Positions 1 through 13,553 of a DNA stretch of 64,000 nt are shown here, in pieces. Under the pieces are notes generated by a model that saw only the letters and a program-made list of their open reading frames with translations, was not told where the DNA came from and ran no database searches. Position 1 is the first letter of the stretch; every line of letters begins with the position of its first letter. The stretch is taken from the NCBI GenBank assembly GCA_964016885.1, contig OZ024759.1, forward strand, positions 15,004,001-15,068,000, in the 5' to 3' direction. The position numbers and the translations under genes are program-made. The DNA comes from Eledone cirrhosa (taxonomy: Eukaryota).

Positions 1-290
1 CGATAAAATAAAGTACCAGTAATACACTGGTGTAATTGCTGGTCTTATGCCAAATGGTCGATAAAATAAAGTACCAGTAATGAACTGGGGTAATTGCTGG
101 TCTTCTGCCAAATGGTCGATAAAATAAAGTACCAGTAATACACTGGAGTAATTGCTGGTCTTGTGCCAAATGGTCGATAAAATAAAGTACCAGTAATACA
201 CTGGGCTAATTGCTGGTCTTGTGCCAAATAGTCGATAAAATAAAGTACCAGTAATACACTGGAGTAATTGCTGGTCTTGTGCCAAAAGTA
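1..290 (+). repeat. 58-bp tandem array derived from the 3' part of the tRNA/Deu(Nin)-domain SINE
   Basis: CGATAAAATAAAGTACCAGTAAT...CTTGTGCCAAA recurs at 1, 59, 117, 175 and 233; the same sequence forms the tail of SINE copies elsewhere in the window. Confidence 0.9.
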
Positions 291-319
291 GAAACAAGTA
301 TTACTATTATTGTTATTAT

Positions 320-682
320 TAAGGGCGGTTAACTTTGCCTTTCATCTTTACATGGTCGATAAAATAAAGTACCAGTAATACACTGGGATAATTGCTGGTC
401 TTGTGCCAAAAGTAGAAACTGTTATTATTAAGGGCGGTGGTTTGGCAGTATCAGTAGAGCGTCAGACGCCATGCTTTGTGGTATATAGTTATTGTGCTCA
501 AATCAGAAGGCGGTAGATTGGCAGTGTCGATAGAGCATCAGACACCATGGTTTTCAGCATAGAGTTATGGCCCTTTACTTCTGCGTTCAAATCCCGCCGA
601 TGTTAACTTTCCCTTTCATCCTTACTGGGTCGATAAAATAAAGTACCAGTAATGCACTGGGGTGTTTGCTGGCCTTGTGCCA
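320..682 (+). mobile_element. Cluster of partial tRNA-derived Deu/Nin-domain SINE copies
   Basis: A-box-like TGGCAGT, B-box-like GTTCAAATCC, followed by CTTTCATCC...GGTCGATAAAATAAAGTACCAG. Confidence 0.8.
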
Positions 683-736
683 TTATTATTATAGGCTAAT
701 GGAAGGTGAATGCGTCGCTCCCGGCGCGTAAAGACT

Positions 737-1255
737 ACAAAGACCGGTTTAACGAATTAGTTAAGCGAGCGTTCACAAGATCAGTCGTGTCCAACAAATG
801 ATGGATCAAAGAAGAATCCGTTACGTTTAACAAGGCTCTAGTGATAGAAAAGAATAGACAATAGGGAGAACTAGTTAGGTGGTTAGTGGAGGAAAAGGGC
901 AACGACGTCCTTGGGGAAACTCTGGGTGTCGAGGAAAGCCAAATAGCTATTATCTTCCGGAGGACTTTCTGTCCAGGGCCAGGGGATAACTTCCAAAATT
1001 CTCTTGCCTGGCAGTGCAACTGGGGACCATAGCCAGTTCGTGATAAACTTTACAGTCATGGAAGTGCCGTCAGAAAGGCCTGTCCAAGATGCACGCAGAG
1101 TGACGAGACCGTCCTATACGCATTCTTCCAGTGTCCGAGCATTGCTAACTTATGAGTTTATGTCGAACAACCAGGAAGGCCAGGCAGTTTTATCTGACTT
1201 GTGGCCATAGTGAAAGAGGTCATATGGTGGACGCGTCTAAAAGGGTTAAAGACGA
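737..1255 (+). pseudogene. Degenerate, internally deleted L1/Tx1 ORF2 relic
   Basis: Translates in pieces to RTFCPGPGDNFQNSLAWQC...VRDKL and VKEVIWWTRLKGL, matching the ORF2 C-terminus at 40972-44409; the 5' part resembles the EN-RT linker. Confidence 0.8.
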
Positions 1256-1344
1256 GCAATTTTACATACAGTAATATCGAAATGCAGAGATTTTCTCCAT
1301 AAATTATATCACTGATTTAAAATCAATCATAATTTTCTTACAAA

Positions 1345-1386
1345 TAAAATGTGTGAAACGCAGCAATGCACGGGTAATTCGGCTAG
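1345..1386 (+). mobile_element. Helitron-like 3' terminus (fragment)
   Basis: GCAATGCACGGG followed by CTAG|T, similar to the ends at 1822 and 27094. Confidence 0.5.
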
Positions 1387-1485
1387 TATATATATATATA
1401 TACACACGCCGTACGTTACAACTGTCCACAGTACAGAGTACTCACAACCTCTAACTGGATTACCTATAACGATAACTTGTTATCC

Positions 1486-1516
<31 letters not shown>

Positions 1517-1606
1517 GAAAGGTATAGAAATTGTTTTAGCGATAAGCTAACAGTATTCCATAACATATATATATAGATAAACATATATATACATGTATTA
1601 TATAGA

Positions 1607-1800
1607 GATGCGAGAAACCCCCACCCACCCCATCTCAATTCTACTTTTGAAAAGCATGAGAACTGTGAAACCGGTAAAGGAAAGAAATAAATATTCTTAA
1701 AAAGACTCCAGTTGCTTTTTCGATTTCATCTTTTTTTCTAATACTTTCACTCGTGTAGAACATCTCTTTTTTTTTCACATTTAAAAAAAAAAAAACTCAT
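1607..1800 (+). mobile_element. Penelope-like terminal-repeat fragment (family also at 5440-5756)
   Basis: Shares GAAACCGGTAAAGGAA...GACTCCAGTTGC with 5648-5756; flanked by (TA)n. Confidence 0.55.
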
Positions 1801-1821
1801 TTTCTTATATATATATATATA

Positions 1822-2712
1822 CTAGCATTAAAGCCCGGCGTTGCTCGGGGTCATTAAGTTACCAAAGTTAGGTTGCACCACCCATTTTATGGCAGCACTT
1901 TTTTGTCTGCCAGGCACTGGGTGAATGAATTGCAGACATGGAAGCATGAGCTGCGCCAGCAGTGACAATTGTAGTTTCGCCTATGGATATTATCTCTGTG
2001 CAAAAAAGTGTTGCAATTTATTGTTTCACAGTACTTGCGCAACACGCACGTAGACGATGCCTGACGAACAACAGAGCTGCGATGGAGTTGTTCTGCATGG
2101 TTGTCTGTGTGTTTTCTAAATTTAAGACAGTAGGGAGGGTTGTGATATGAGGGAGAGTTAGCTGTTGTTTCTAGCAGGTTTAGTGACCTCATAGAGGATA
2201 TGTGTTTTCTAAATTTAAGACAGTAGGGAGTGGTATGATATGGGGTAGAGTTAGCTGCTGTTTCTAGCAGGTTTAGTGACCTCATAGAAGATATGTTTTC
2301 TAAATTTAAGACAGTAGGGAGGGGTGTGATATGAGGGAGAGTTAGCTGCTGTTTCTAGCAGGTTTAGTAACTTCATAGAGGATATGTGTTTTCTAAATTT
2401 AAGACAGTAGGGAGTGGTGTGAACGGACAGTATCACCATCAAGCTTGGAAAGAGAAAGTAGCAGAAAGTATGAAGTTGTATAGATTTTGAATGGTAGTAG
2501 AAAGAGTTCAGCAGTTTAAATGAGAGAGAAAAATCGTAAAATATTGAGTTTTATCTATTTTTTGCGTAATTGTGGGTAAAATTGAAAAAATTATCTGCGT
2601 CAAGACGCAATCGAAGCTATTTCGAGTACTGAATTGTAAATTTCAATTGAAGAAATTCTATATCGTAGATTTCTATAACGAAGGAGCATGACCACACACT
2701 GAGCTTTATAGA
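1822..2712 (-). mobile_element. Non-autonomous Helitron-like element with internal ~90-bp tandem repeat
   Basis: Minus strand starts A|TC and ends CCCGAGCAACGCCGGG hairpin...CTAG|T; TTTTCTAAATTTAAGACAGTAGGGAG is repeated four times at ~2110-2415. Confidence 0.7.
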
Positions 2713-2873
2713 TTATGATGATAACAAAAAGAACAGCCGGAACTCAGCCGGCGGGGTCCTACATTTTTTATATTACCCACTCTACTACCCCAAGTATCGA
2801 ATATCCTGATGAGTAATGGTGTAACTGGTTTTTACCACCTCCAATCTGATGTATATATTTATATATATATGTG

Positions 2874-3013
<140 letters not shown>

Positions 3014-3051
3014 ATTAAATAAATGGAAAACTATATTTATAAAACCATATT

Positions 3052-3117
3052 TATTTCATTATATATATTTCGGGGATATCATATTAACAATATGCTATGC
3101 CTTCATCAGACAAAATA
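3052..3117 (-). ncRNA. Minimal type I hammerhead ribozyme in a Penelope-like repeat
   Basis: Minus strand: TATTTTGT-CTGATGA-stem II-GAAA-TATATA-TA^-ATGAAATA; same family at 16563 and 34958/35162. Confidence 0.75.
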
Positions 3118-3182
3118 CAATATAAACAGTTTTATAGATAAATAGATTCGACATACCGTAATAACACCGACTTCATTTGAAG

Positions 3183-3251
<69 letters not shown>

Positions 3252-3559
3252 ATATATGACACAACATTAAGATTTTAACGTGGTGAGCAACATATTAATC
3301 CCAACGTGTCTCTACTGCTTGTTGGTGTTTTGCGTGGTTGATTTATTATGCATGTAATTGCAATAATTACAGTATTTAATAAAGAATCTAATTATTATTC
3401 GAAAAATATCTGCCTAATAATTAATTAATAATAAATACCTAATAAATAATTAGTAATAAATTCCTAATAAATAATTAATAGATTTCACACACACACGTTG
3501 AATAAATGCAAAATTCCATAGTTATAAATATTACATTAGATTATGTGTGTGTGTGTATG

Positions 3560-3645
<86 letters not shown>

Positions 3646-3646
<1 letters not shown>

Positions 3647-3837
3647 CAAAGAAAGTGTGGTAAGAAACCAGGTGGATCATAACGCACCAGAGTACTCGAT
3701 ACTTAGGCTAGTAGAGTGGGTAATAGGAAAAGAGTCAGGGCCCCGACGGCTGAGCTCCGGCCGTTTCCACAGCTAGTTCAGAACTAACTGTCAAAAAGGC
3801 TGGAGCTCAGCTGTCGGGGTCCTGACTCTTTTCCTAT
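3646..3837. mobile_element. Fold-back Penelope-like fragment in (TA)n
   Basis: Imperfect inverted arms 3723-3779 and 3781-3837; relatives at 2730-2850, 3953, 6129, 17268 and 61110. Confidence 0.7.
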
Positions 3838-3913
3838 ATATATATATAGATAGATAGATAGAATGTATGTATGTATGAATTTACACAGAAAAACGATTAA
3901 ATTATATACATGC

Positions 3914-3952
<39 letters not shown>

Positions 3953-3956
<4 letters not shown>

Positions 3957-4125
3957 AACAAGTAAGACCCCGACGGCTGAGCTCAAGCCGTTTCGACGGC
4001 TAATTCTGTACAGAATTAGCCGTCGAAACGGCTACCCTAAGTATTGAGTACCCACTCTACTACCCTAAGTATTGAGTACTTTGGTGCGTTATGGTCTACC
4101 TGGTTCCTTACCACATTTCCTTCGT

Positions 4126-4127
<2 letters not shown>
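3953..4127. mobile_element. Fold-back Penelope-like fragment in (TA)n, inverted relative to the 6129 copy
   Basis: AGCCGTTTCGACGGCTAATTCTGTACAGAATTAGCCGTCGAAACGGCT palindrome; same termini as 6129-6328. Confidence 0.7.
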
Positions 4128-4153
<26 letters not shown>

Positions 4154-4157
<4 letters not shown>

Positions 4158-4233
4158 TCGCCCCCTAAAAATGTATGCACACGTCACACGTCAACAGCAT
4201 TGTGATAAATATATTTAAACGTTTTGGTACACC

Positions 4234-4236
<3 letters not shown>
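4154..4236. mobile_element. Possible Tc1/mariner-type MITE relic
   Basis: TA|CAG ... CACCCTG|TA ends within (TA)n; the inverted termini match only weakly. Confidence 0.35.
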
Positions 4237-4274
<38 letters not shown>

Positions 4275-4409
4275 CCTTCTATCAAACGGCTCACAGAAAA
4301 GTGTACCAAAGTAAATGACCTTGTGAAGAACAAGCGAAATTCCTGAGTAACAAGACTCACTTTTTAGCTATAATAAAATGAATATATATAAACACACACA
4401 CACACACAC

Positions 4410-4451
<42 letters not shown>

Positions 4452-5074
4452 ATAATAATAAATGTGAAGACTAGAATCTGAAGAGGGCTCGATAAGGATA
4501 ATATATGTATAAAAATATATAAAACCATAGAGCAAATATTTACTAAAATAACAGATTAAAGCTTAAGGAAAGAATCGCTGCTTTCAGAATGAAGTAACGG
4601 AGTCAGAAGCTGGCGTTAGTCCCTGTAATTGATGACCTCAAAGAAAAGGAATCCCTGGCTCTTCAAATATAATATAGAGAAGAAAAACTCACTAGAGTAT
4701 GTGTGTGTGTTTATCAAGTGTATAGAACCTATGAACTAAGAAATGTGAGACATATACATTATAATTAAATATCTAAAAATATATAATAAAAAATATAAAT
4801 TTTAATTTATATTTTCAATTATAATGTATCTGCTTCACCTTCCTTAGTTTATAGGATCCATACACTAGAGGTATTCCCTGTAAGTTGATAAACACACACT
4901 CTCTCTAGTCTGTTTTCTTATATATATATATCCCCCTCCCCTCTCAAAAGCGTGAACCTACTAAACTAATATTTGTACTGCCTCTCTGTTTTTTTTCCTT
5001 TCTAAGATTTAACTATATATATATATATATATACATATATATACATATACATATATATACATATATATATATAC

Positions 5075-5144
<70 letters not shown>

Positions 5145-5405
5145 TAAAACATGTCTATAGAATCACCAGATAAAATATATACTATTTCCTCTCCCAATTA
5201 GCATAATTAACTATATAAAAAATCGAATAGACCAGGCTATACGAATGAGGCTTCTATGGAGGAATCTCCAACAAATAACCAAAACTAGCGCTTCGCGTCG
5301 GCCGTAGTGGAATATTTATCGAATATTTCGACAGCGTAATCGCCTAGATACAGTCAACTAAGCAGAATTAGGTTTAAAATAAACTAGGAGAAAATAGAAT
5401 ATATT

Positions 5406-5442
<37 letters not shown>

Positions 5443-5496
5443 GTGAGGTTTTTTTTTCAAAATGAAAAATATCCGATGTCCTACACGAGTGAAAGT

Positions 5497-5749
5497 ATAA
5501 AGAAAAAGAGATGAAATCGAAAATGCAACTGGAGTCTTATTTTTTTTTTTAAATATATATATTTATTTGGTTCCTTTACCGGTTTCGCAGTTCTTCTGCT
5601 TTTCAGATGTGAGAAAAACCACAGACCCTCCATCTCAACTCACCTTTTGAAAAGCAGAAGAACTGCGAAACCGGTAAAGGAACGAAATAAATATATATAT
5701 TTTTTTTTAAAATAAGACTCCAGTTGCATTTTCGATTTCATCTCTTTTT

Positions 5750-5756
<7 letters not shown>
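5497..5756. repeat. Fold-back inverted repeat, ~108-bp arms
   Basis: 5497-5605 is the near reverse complement of 5648-5756; contains GAAACCGGTA, resembling a hammerhead 3' half. Confidence 0.85.
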
Positions 5757-5817
<61 letters not shown>

Positions 5818-6078
5818 GGTTGCAATAAATACGTCCGTAGGCGGTATGCCGTTTGAGCACTCGATGCTCGCGCAAAGCAGAGTGTAGTAATATAGTGTAA
5901 TATGTTAATAAATTGTGTGTGTATTGATGCATCACTTATTCCTCGTTAACTATAATAATAAGAGAGAGAGAGAGAGAGAGATATAAATATATATATAGAT
6001 ATAAATAGATATATATATATATAGATAGATAGATATATATATATATATATATAGATATAAATATATATATATATATAG

Positions 6079-6128
<50 letters not shown>

Positions 6129-6130
<2 letters not shown>

Positions 6131-6328
6131 CGAAGGAAATGTGGTAAGGAACCAGGTGGACCATAACGCACCAAAGTACTCAATACTTAGGGTAGTAGAG
6201 TGGGTAATAGGAACAAGTAAGACCCCGACAGCAGAGCTCAAGCCGTTTCGACGGCTAATTCTGTACTCAATACAGAATTAGCCGTCGAAACGGCTTGAGC
6301 TCTGCCGTCGGGGTCTTACTTGTTCCTA
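6129..6328. mobile_element. Fold-back Penelope-like fragment carrying the 3' half of a hammerhead
   Basis: Near-perfect arms around TACTCAATA; GAAA-CGGC-loop-GCCG-TC stem III and cleavage triplet present, CTGANGA absent. Confidence 0.7.
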
Positions 6329-6329
6329 T

Positions 6330-6376
<47 letters not shown>

Positions 6377-6397
6377 TAAATATATATATATAGATAT

Positions 6398-6431
<34 letters not shown>

Positions 6432-6627
6432 GATAAATCTACCAAGAGTTTACGGTAGTGTCCAATCCGTATGAAGAACTCAATGTAATCCGGATATCAT
6501 GGAAAGAAGAGATGCAATGAAAAATCACTTTCGGTGAAAGATAAACGGAATACAGAGTCAAGATAAAATATTAAAAAAATAATGAATAAAACAATGAAAC
6601 AGTTCCTTATATTAAACAAAAAAAGTT

Positions 6628-6778
6628 CATTATTTAACGATCGTTTCTAGGATATATATGTGTTAGAATTGGCATGCATATTCAACAGATCTATGTACAA
6701 AATTATACAAAATTATACAAACTATCAAAATTAAATATACATACCAAACACACATATATGCCGTCTTCAGAAATAATG
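6628..6778 (-). ncRNA. Type I hammerhead ribozyme with long stem II insertion
   Basis: Minus strand: CATTATTT-CTGAAGA-~115 nt-GAAA-CGATCG-TT^-AAATAATG; perfect 8-bp stem I and palindromic stem III; truncated second copy at ~9921-10045. Confidence 0.7.
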
Positions 6779-6783
6779 TATAC

Positions 6784-6846
<63 letters not shown>

Positions 6847-7291
6847 GTGGAATGAACAGGAAAAGAGAAGGGGTAAATAATAGACGCATTACGGATCTAG
6901 TACTTTATTGATCGACCTGAAAACATTATTTCTGACGTTCGCGCATGTCTACCAAGTCGCCGCCTATATACTACATAGAGATAGATATACCTATTTCAGG
7001 GCTGGTGTATTCATTTTGATAGTTCCTTAGTAACGTGACAGGTAATTTTATTTATTCACAATGGGTGAATGAATAACAATATCGTTCTAGGTGGGATTTG
7101 TATTATGGAAAGAAAATGGAAGTAAATTGACATCAATGTCTAAACATATGAGATGAGGTATTGTTGAAGCGATTCTAATTTTTGCAGAACTCACCTTCAT
7201 CTCTTTCTTTCTCTCTTTCTCTCTCTCTCTCACACACACACACACACTCTCTCCATCTCTCTCACACACACACACACTCTCTCTCTCTATA

Positions 7292-7366
<75 letters not shown>

Positions 7367-7425
7367 AGATAGAGAGAGAGAAAGACAGGAAGATAAACGT
7401 ACATATATATTGCATACATAATTAT

Positions 7426-7523
<98 letters not shown>

Positions 7524-7706
7524 AGTTAGATAAATAAATAGACAAGATAGATAGATAGATAGATAGATAAATAAGATAAATAGAATAGATAAATAGATAG
7601 ATAGATTATATAGATAGATAAATAGAATAGTTAGATAGATAATTAGATAGGTAGATTGATAAATTGAATAGATACATAAATTGAATAAATAGTGAGATAA
7701 ATAGTG

Positions 7707-7826
<120 letters not shown>

Positions 7827-7999
7827 CTCTTTCTCTCTATATAAAATATAATCTACAGAACAAATACAGAATGACACACGGGAAATAAATCAACTTGTAT
7901 ACATTAAGATAAGATTACATCTTCTAATTCTCAATATTTCTTTTCATAGATGTGGATCCATCTTTCTAATGGAAGCATTTATATATAATTATAGATACA

Positions 8000-8445
8000 C
8001 ACATTGCCTATATCAGCAGGTGACAGAATATGTAGAAAGGGTGCTAATGGATTATTAAAGCCGACGTTGCCACAGGGTTTACAAAAAATATGTGGGAGAA
8101 AGTTTTCACCCATGTCAGAGGAAAATTTTAAATACTCATTCACTCGAGCTATCTCCAGAAAAAGTATACATTTCTGCTATTTAAACCCAGAACCCAAAGA
8201 TTCCCCCAGTCCACCAGATTATTTACGCCAGACGAATGAAAGACGAGTTTTAGCTATACAGAATTTGAAATCAAAACGCAAAAACACAGAATGATAAATC
8301 TTCTTCGATCTTTCAAACGCCTCTGCCTCCTAACTTTACTCTTTTCTGATGAAGGAGTAATGACCAATACGTTGAGACATTCCCTTTCCAACAAGAACTA
8401 AGCCGACATGTCAGTGTGAAACTGTATCACGGTCGTTTTTAACTA
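8000..8445 (+). mobile_element. Degenerate Penelope-like 3' fragment with decayed hammerhead
   Basis: CTGATGAAGG...ACGTTGAGAC at 8346 resembles the motifs at 24099 and 25875. Confidence 0.45.
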
Positions 8446-8465
8446 TATATGTATATAGATAGATA

Positions 8466-9219
8466 TATTTCTTTATTAGCCACAAGGGCGCACAAGAAAA
8501 GGGGACAATACAAAGACATGCCGGGGATTTTACATACAATCGTGTAAAAAATATAAAAACAAACAATTATAACAATAGAAATCCCCAATAGGGGGAAGGC
8601 GCCTCAAATGGGTTGTTTAATACCCCGTCGATAGAACAACCAGGAGCGTGTTGTGCAAGTGCTTCTTTCTTCCTTTTGCTCTCTTCCTCAACCTACAGGC
8701 TTATAAACAGAGAAGTCCCAATCACTCGGGCCATTTTCGCTTCATTCACCCACCTTTCAGTAAATTTACTGGGGTGCAGTGCCTCTCTCTCCATCCTGAT
8801 TCTCCTTCTAAAGTGATACTTAAAGAAGGGAATCAATTGTTGTCCGGAGAGAAAGGCATCTGTCCTCAGTCCTCTCAACCTCGTCCACCATATAACTTCT
8901 TTCACCATAGCCACCGTACAGAGGAAAACCGCCTCTCTTTCGTTTTTGAAAGAGGCTGGCAGTTTGATCCTTACTATGGACTCGGCAGTCAACTGGATTT
9001 GCCCCATACGCGACAGCAGTTGTTCTGCATAGTTCCACAGGTCGGTTACGCCCGGGCAGTGTACAATTGCGTGCAGGACTGTTTCAATGTCCTGCGCGCA
9101 TCTTGGACACGTCCTCTTGGAAGGATCCCTGCCGGGGGGGGGTCCGTGCCTATAGATCTTGTCCCGAACCGGTAGAGCTCCTCGGTAGCACTGCCAGGCC
9201 AGGGACCTCTGGAAGTTGT
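8466..9219 (-). mobile_element. 5'-truncated L1/Tx1 copy inserted in (GATA)n
   Basis: ORF 8693-9262 matches the ORF2 C-terminus (SLAWQCYRGALPVRDK, CPRC...H...C); AATAAA 3' end; candidate TSD TATAGATAGATA at 8454 and 9219. Confidence 0.93.
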
Positions 9220-9250
<31 letters not shown>

Positions 9251-9319
9251 CGTAAATAACATCTTATTGCTCCAACCAGTCTACTTACCAGTCTAGCCTA
9301 CATATACTATACATATATA

Positions 9320-9393
<74 letters not shown>

Positions 9394-9589
9394 AGAAGTA
9401 ATTCCACCCACAACAGTTAGTTCACTTTATTCGGATCATCAGCTAGTCCCATAGACTGAGTGCTCTACTACTACGGATACAGCCCATCAGTGTTCTACTA
9501 TCTATATATATATATATATGTATACATACATATATATATATATATATACATATATATATACATATATATATATACACATATATATATAC

Positions 9590-9620
<31 letters not shown>

Positions 9621-10128
9621 CATATATATACATGTATATATATACATATATATATATACATTTATATATATACATATATATATACATATATATATATACA
9701 TATGCATACATATATGCATAAATATATATATATATATATATATACATATAAATATATATATATACATATATACATATATATGTATATATTTGTTTCCTCG
9801 GTCCGATTTGACGAAAGTCGATCGACTGTCGATATATATATGTATATATATATATATAAATAAATTAATAAAAATAATGAATAAAAACAAAGAAACAGTT
9901 CCTTATATTAAAAAATTCATCATTTTACGATCGTTTCTAGGATATATATGTTTGTGTTGGTATGTATATCATATAGATCTATGTAAAATTTTTACAAACT
10001 ATCAGAGGGAATATACATACCTACACATATATATGCTGTCTTCAGCATATATATATATAAATATGTGTACGTGTCAGGTCACTCTTGAGTGCTACTGGTA
10101 ACATGTAACCCAGTACAACCTGTCACAT

Positions 10129-10173
10129 GCCGTTTCGTCCGACCATATGGTGGGACTTTTCATTTACAAAAGG

Positions 10174-10205
<32 letters not shown>

Positions 10206-10250
10206 CCTTTTGTAAATGAAAAGTCCCACCATATGGTCGGACGAAACGGC
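10129..10250. repeat. Perfect 122-bp palindrome centred on (TA)n
   Basis: GCCGTTTCGTCCGACCATATGG...AAGGTT (TA)n AACCTT...CCATATGGTCGGACGAAACGGC. Confidence 0.95.
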
Positions 10251-10485
10251 TGTCGGCAATAAACTTGTTATAATGTCATAATAGTTCCTTTGTTCTTTTT
10301 CATTAATATATATATATATAGTGTTCCTGACGAACGATTTCAGACGTCTGTGTAGAGCTCGTCTGTCTTCGCGAAACCTTTTGTAAATGGAATAATTGTC
10401 TTATGTTGTTTATTACATACCTATATATATATATTGAAAAGATAACAAGGACCCGGGTGAACCTACAGTAACTCCAAGTTACACT

Positions 10486-10516
<31 letters not shown>

Positions 10517-10755
10517 AGTGGAAGCTTAGTAAAATCGAAGCTTTGGCTGTGGCCAAGCAAAGTCGACCTACAATAAGGAATGATTAGCAAAGCACTCAAT
10601 AAGTGTAGGTCCTTAGAGTAATAACATTACGTTTAAAAGCTTGACAAATTGAAAATTGCGGTAGGCAAAACACAACCATACAATACCAAAAACAACGAAA
10701 GAACTAATCAGGTAATGTATTTCTGTGTGTGTGAGAGAGAGAGGGGGGGCGAGAG

Positions 10756-10811
<56 letters not shown>

Positions 10812-10956
10812 TGTTTGAAACATTTAGATTGTAAATCTTTATTTTTCTCTGTAGAAAGGTGGCTGTTATATGATTTGAGCCCTTGCCAGGCAATTTGGAG
10901 GAAGGTGAAGTCGATTATACTGTACCAAGTATATAACTGATACATTATTTTATGAA

Positions 10957-11525
10957 TTGGCAGTATCGGTAGAGGATTGGACGCCATGCTTTCTAGCATA
11001 GTTACGTCCCTTTACAGTCTGAGATCAAATCCCGCCGAGGTTAACTTTGCCTTTCATCCTTACGGGGTCGATAAAATAAAGTACCAGTAATGTACTGGAT
11101 AATTGCTGGCCTTGTGCCTAACGTAGAAACAATTATTTTATCAATTGGCAGTATCGGTGGAGAGTTGGACGCCATGCTTTCTAGCATAGTTACGTCCCTT
11201 TACAGTCTGAGTTCAAATCCCGCCGAGGTTAACTTTGCCTTTCATTCTTACGGGGTCGATAAAATAAAGTACCAGTAATGTACTGGGTAATTGCTGGCCT
11301 TGTGCCAAAAGTAGAAACAATTATTTTATGACTGATACTTTATTTTATGGATTCGCAGTATCGGTGGATTGGCAGTATCGGTAGAGAGTCGGACACCTTG
11401 CTTTGCAGCATACACATACGGTCCTTTATGTTCAGATCCTGCCTTTCATCCTTACGGGGTCGATAAAATAAAGTACCAGTAATACACTGATAATTGTTGG
11501 CCTTATACCAAAAGTAGAAACAATT
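10957..11525 (+). mobile_element. Three tandem tRNA/Deu(Nin)-domain SINE copies
   Basis: Repeated TGGCAGTATCGGT...TTCAAATCCCGCCGAGG...GTAGAAACAATTAT units. Confidence 0.9.
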
Positions 11526-11669
11526 ATCTTATGGATTCCAAAAGGATCAAAGGTAATGACGACTTTCTCGAGAATGGAAATCAGAACATGGAGTCACGTA
11601 GATAGATGCTGAACTGCTTTTTGTCCAACTCTCTAATGGTTCTTCTAGTTTAATTCATATAAATACATA

Positions 11670-11705
<36 letters not shown>

Positions 11706-11790
11706 ATCTATCTCTCTGTTAGTATCTATCTATTCATATATATAAAGACACGCACAGACGCACACAGGCACACACGCACACAGGCACACA

Positions 11791-11843
<53 letters not shown>

Positions 11844-11925
11844 TATTGAGTTAGAAACTCAAAATAGTCTCTTACAATTCGAACACATGTCTGTTTATAT
11901 TTGTGTTTATCTCTCTTGTATATTC

Positions 11926-12001
<76 letters not shown>

Positions 12002-12020
12002 ACATGCATATATGTATACA

Positions 12021-12059
<39 letters not shown>

Positions 12060-12090
12060 GCATATATGTACACATGCACATATATATATA

Positions 12091-12141
<51 letters not shown>

Positions 12142-12414
12142 GCATATATGTATACATGCATATATATATATATATAGGCATATATATATATATATATACA
12201 TGCATATATGTATACATGCACATATATATATAGGCATATATATATATATATATATATATATAAAGGCTTTATATGTATATAATTGGAATTGCTCTACGCA
12301 GTAGAGACAGTACACTAATTGTAATGTCTTTTTTATATATTATAATAATAAATAGCATGATTAATGATAATAACAATAACAATGATAATAACAACAATAA
12401 CAACAATAATGACG

Positions 12415-12463
<49 letters not shown>

Positions 12464-12827
12464 GGCTGCTGTAGTTGTTGTTGTTGTTGTTATCACCGTA
12501 AAAACAATCCTAAACAAAAATCGATACGATTCAAACCATAAAATTCTATAGACAGCTTCCGTTTGTTTCTTTCTCTCTATCTACCACCTCTTATCCCCCT
12601 GTCTCTCTCTCTCTCTCTCTGTATATATTCTCTCTCTCACTCTCTCTCTCTCTCTCTGTTTATATTCTCTCTCTCTCTCTCTGTATATATTCTCTCTCTC
12701 TCTCACTCTCTCTCTCTCTCTCTCTGTATATATTCTCTCTTTCTCTCACTCTCTCTCTCTCACTATCTCTATCTCACTCGCTCTCTCTCTCACTCTCACG
12801 CGGTCTCTCTCTCTCACCCGGTATATA

Positions 12828-12889
<62 letters not shown>

Positions 12890-13032
12890 TTCTCTCTCAC
12901 TCTCTCTCTCCCGATATATATTCTCTCCCTCTCTTTCTTTCTGTATATATATTCTCTCTTTCTCTCACTCTCTCTCTCTGTATATATTCTCTCTCTCTCA
13001 CACTATCTCTATCTCACTCTCTCACCCGGTAT

Positions 13033-13071
<39 letters not shown>

Positions 13072-13232
13072 GTATATATATTGGTTTATATGCGTGCATT
13101 CATTTAAATTTATATTCATAAGTCTATATAATTTGTTTTCCTTCATTATCTCAACATCTCTATTTCTATTATTCCATTACTCGTTTCATATACACACATA
13201 CAACCACACATATATATATATATATGTGTATA

Positions 13233-13305
<73 letters not shown>

Positions 13306-13397
13306 TATAAATATATATATATGTATATATATATATGTATATATATATATATGTATGTATATATATAGAGATAGATATATATAGATAGATAAGTATA

Positions 13398-13428
<31 letters not shown>

Positions 13429-13499
13429 GTACGTATACATATATGTGTATATATAGGTATATGTACGTATATATATGTATGTGTATACATATATGTGTG

Positions 13500-13553
<54 letters not shown>

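Noticed and set aside
1-290. CRISPR-like regular repeats (also 30710-31360)
   Set aside because: No unique spacers and no cas genes; units are SINE-derived in a eukaryotic context
2800-2850. CTGATGAG as a hammerhead core
   Set aside because: No downstream GAAA or stems; aligns to CTGGTGCG in sibling copies, so a chance mutation
10321-10395. Complete hammerhead at CTGACGA...GAAAC
   Set aside because: Stem II forms, but stem I cannot be paired with the retained 5' flank; not counted as intact
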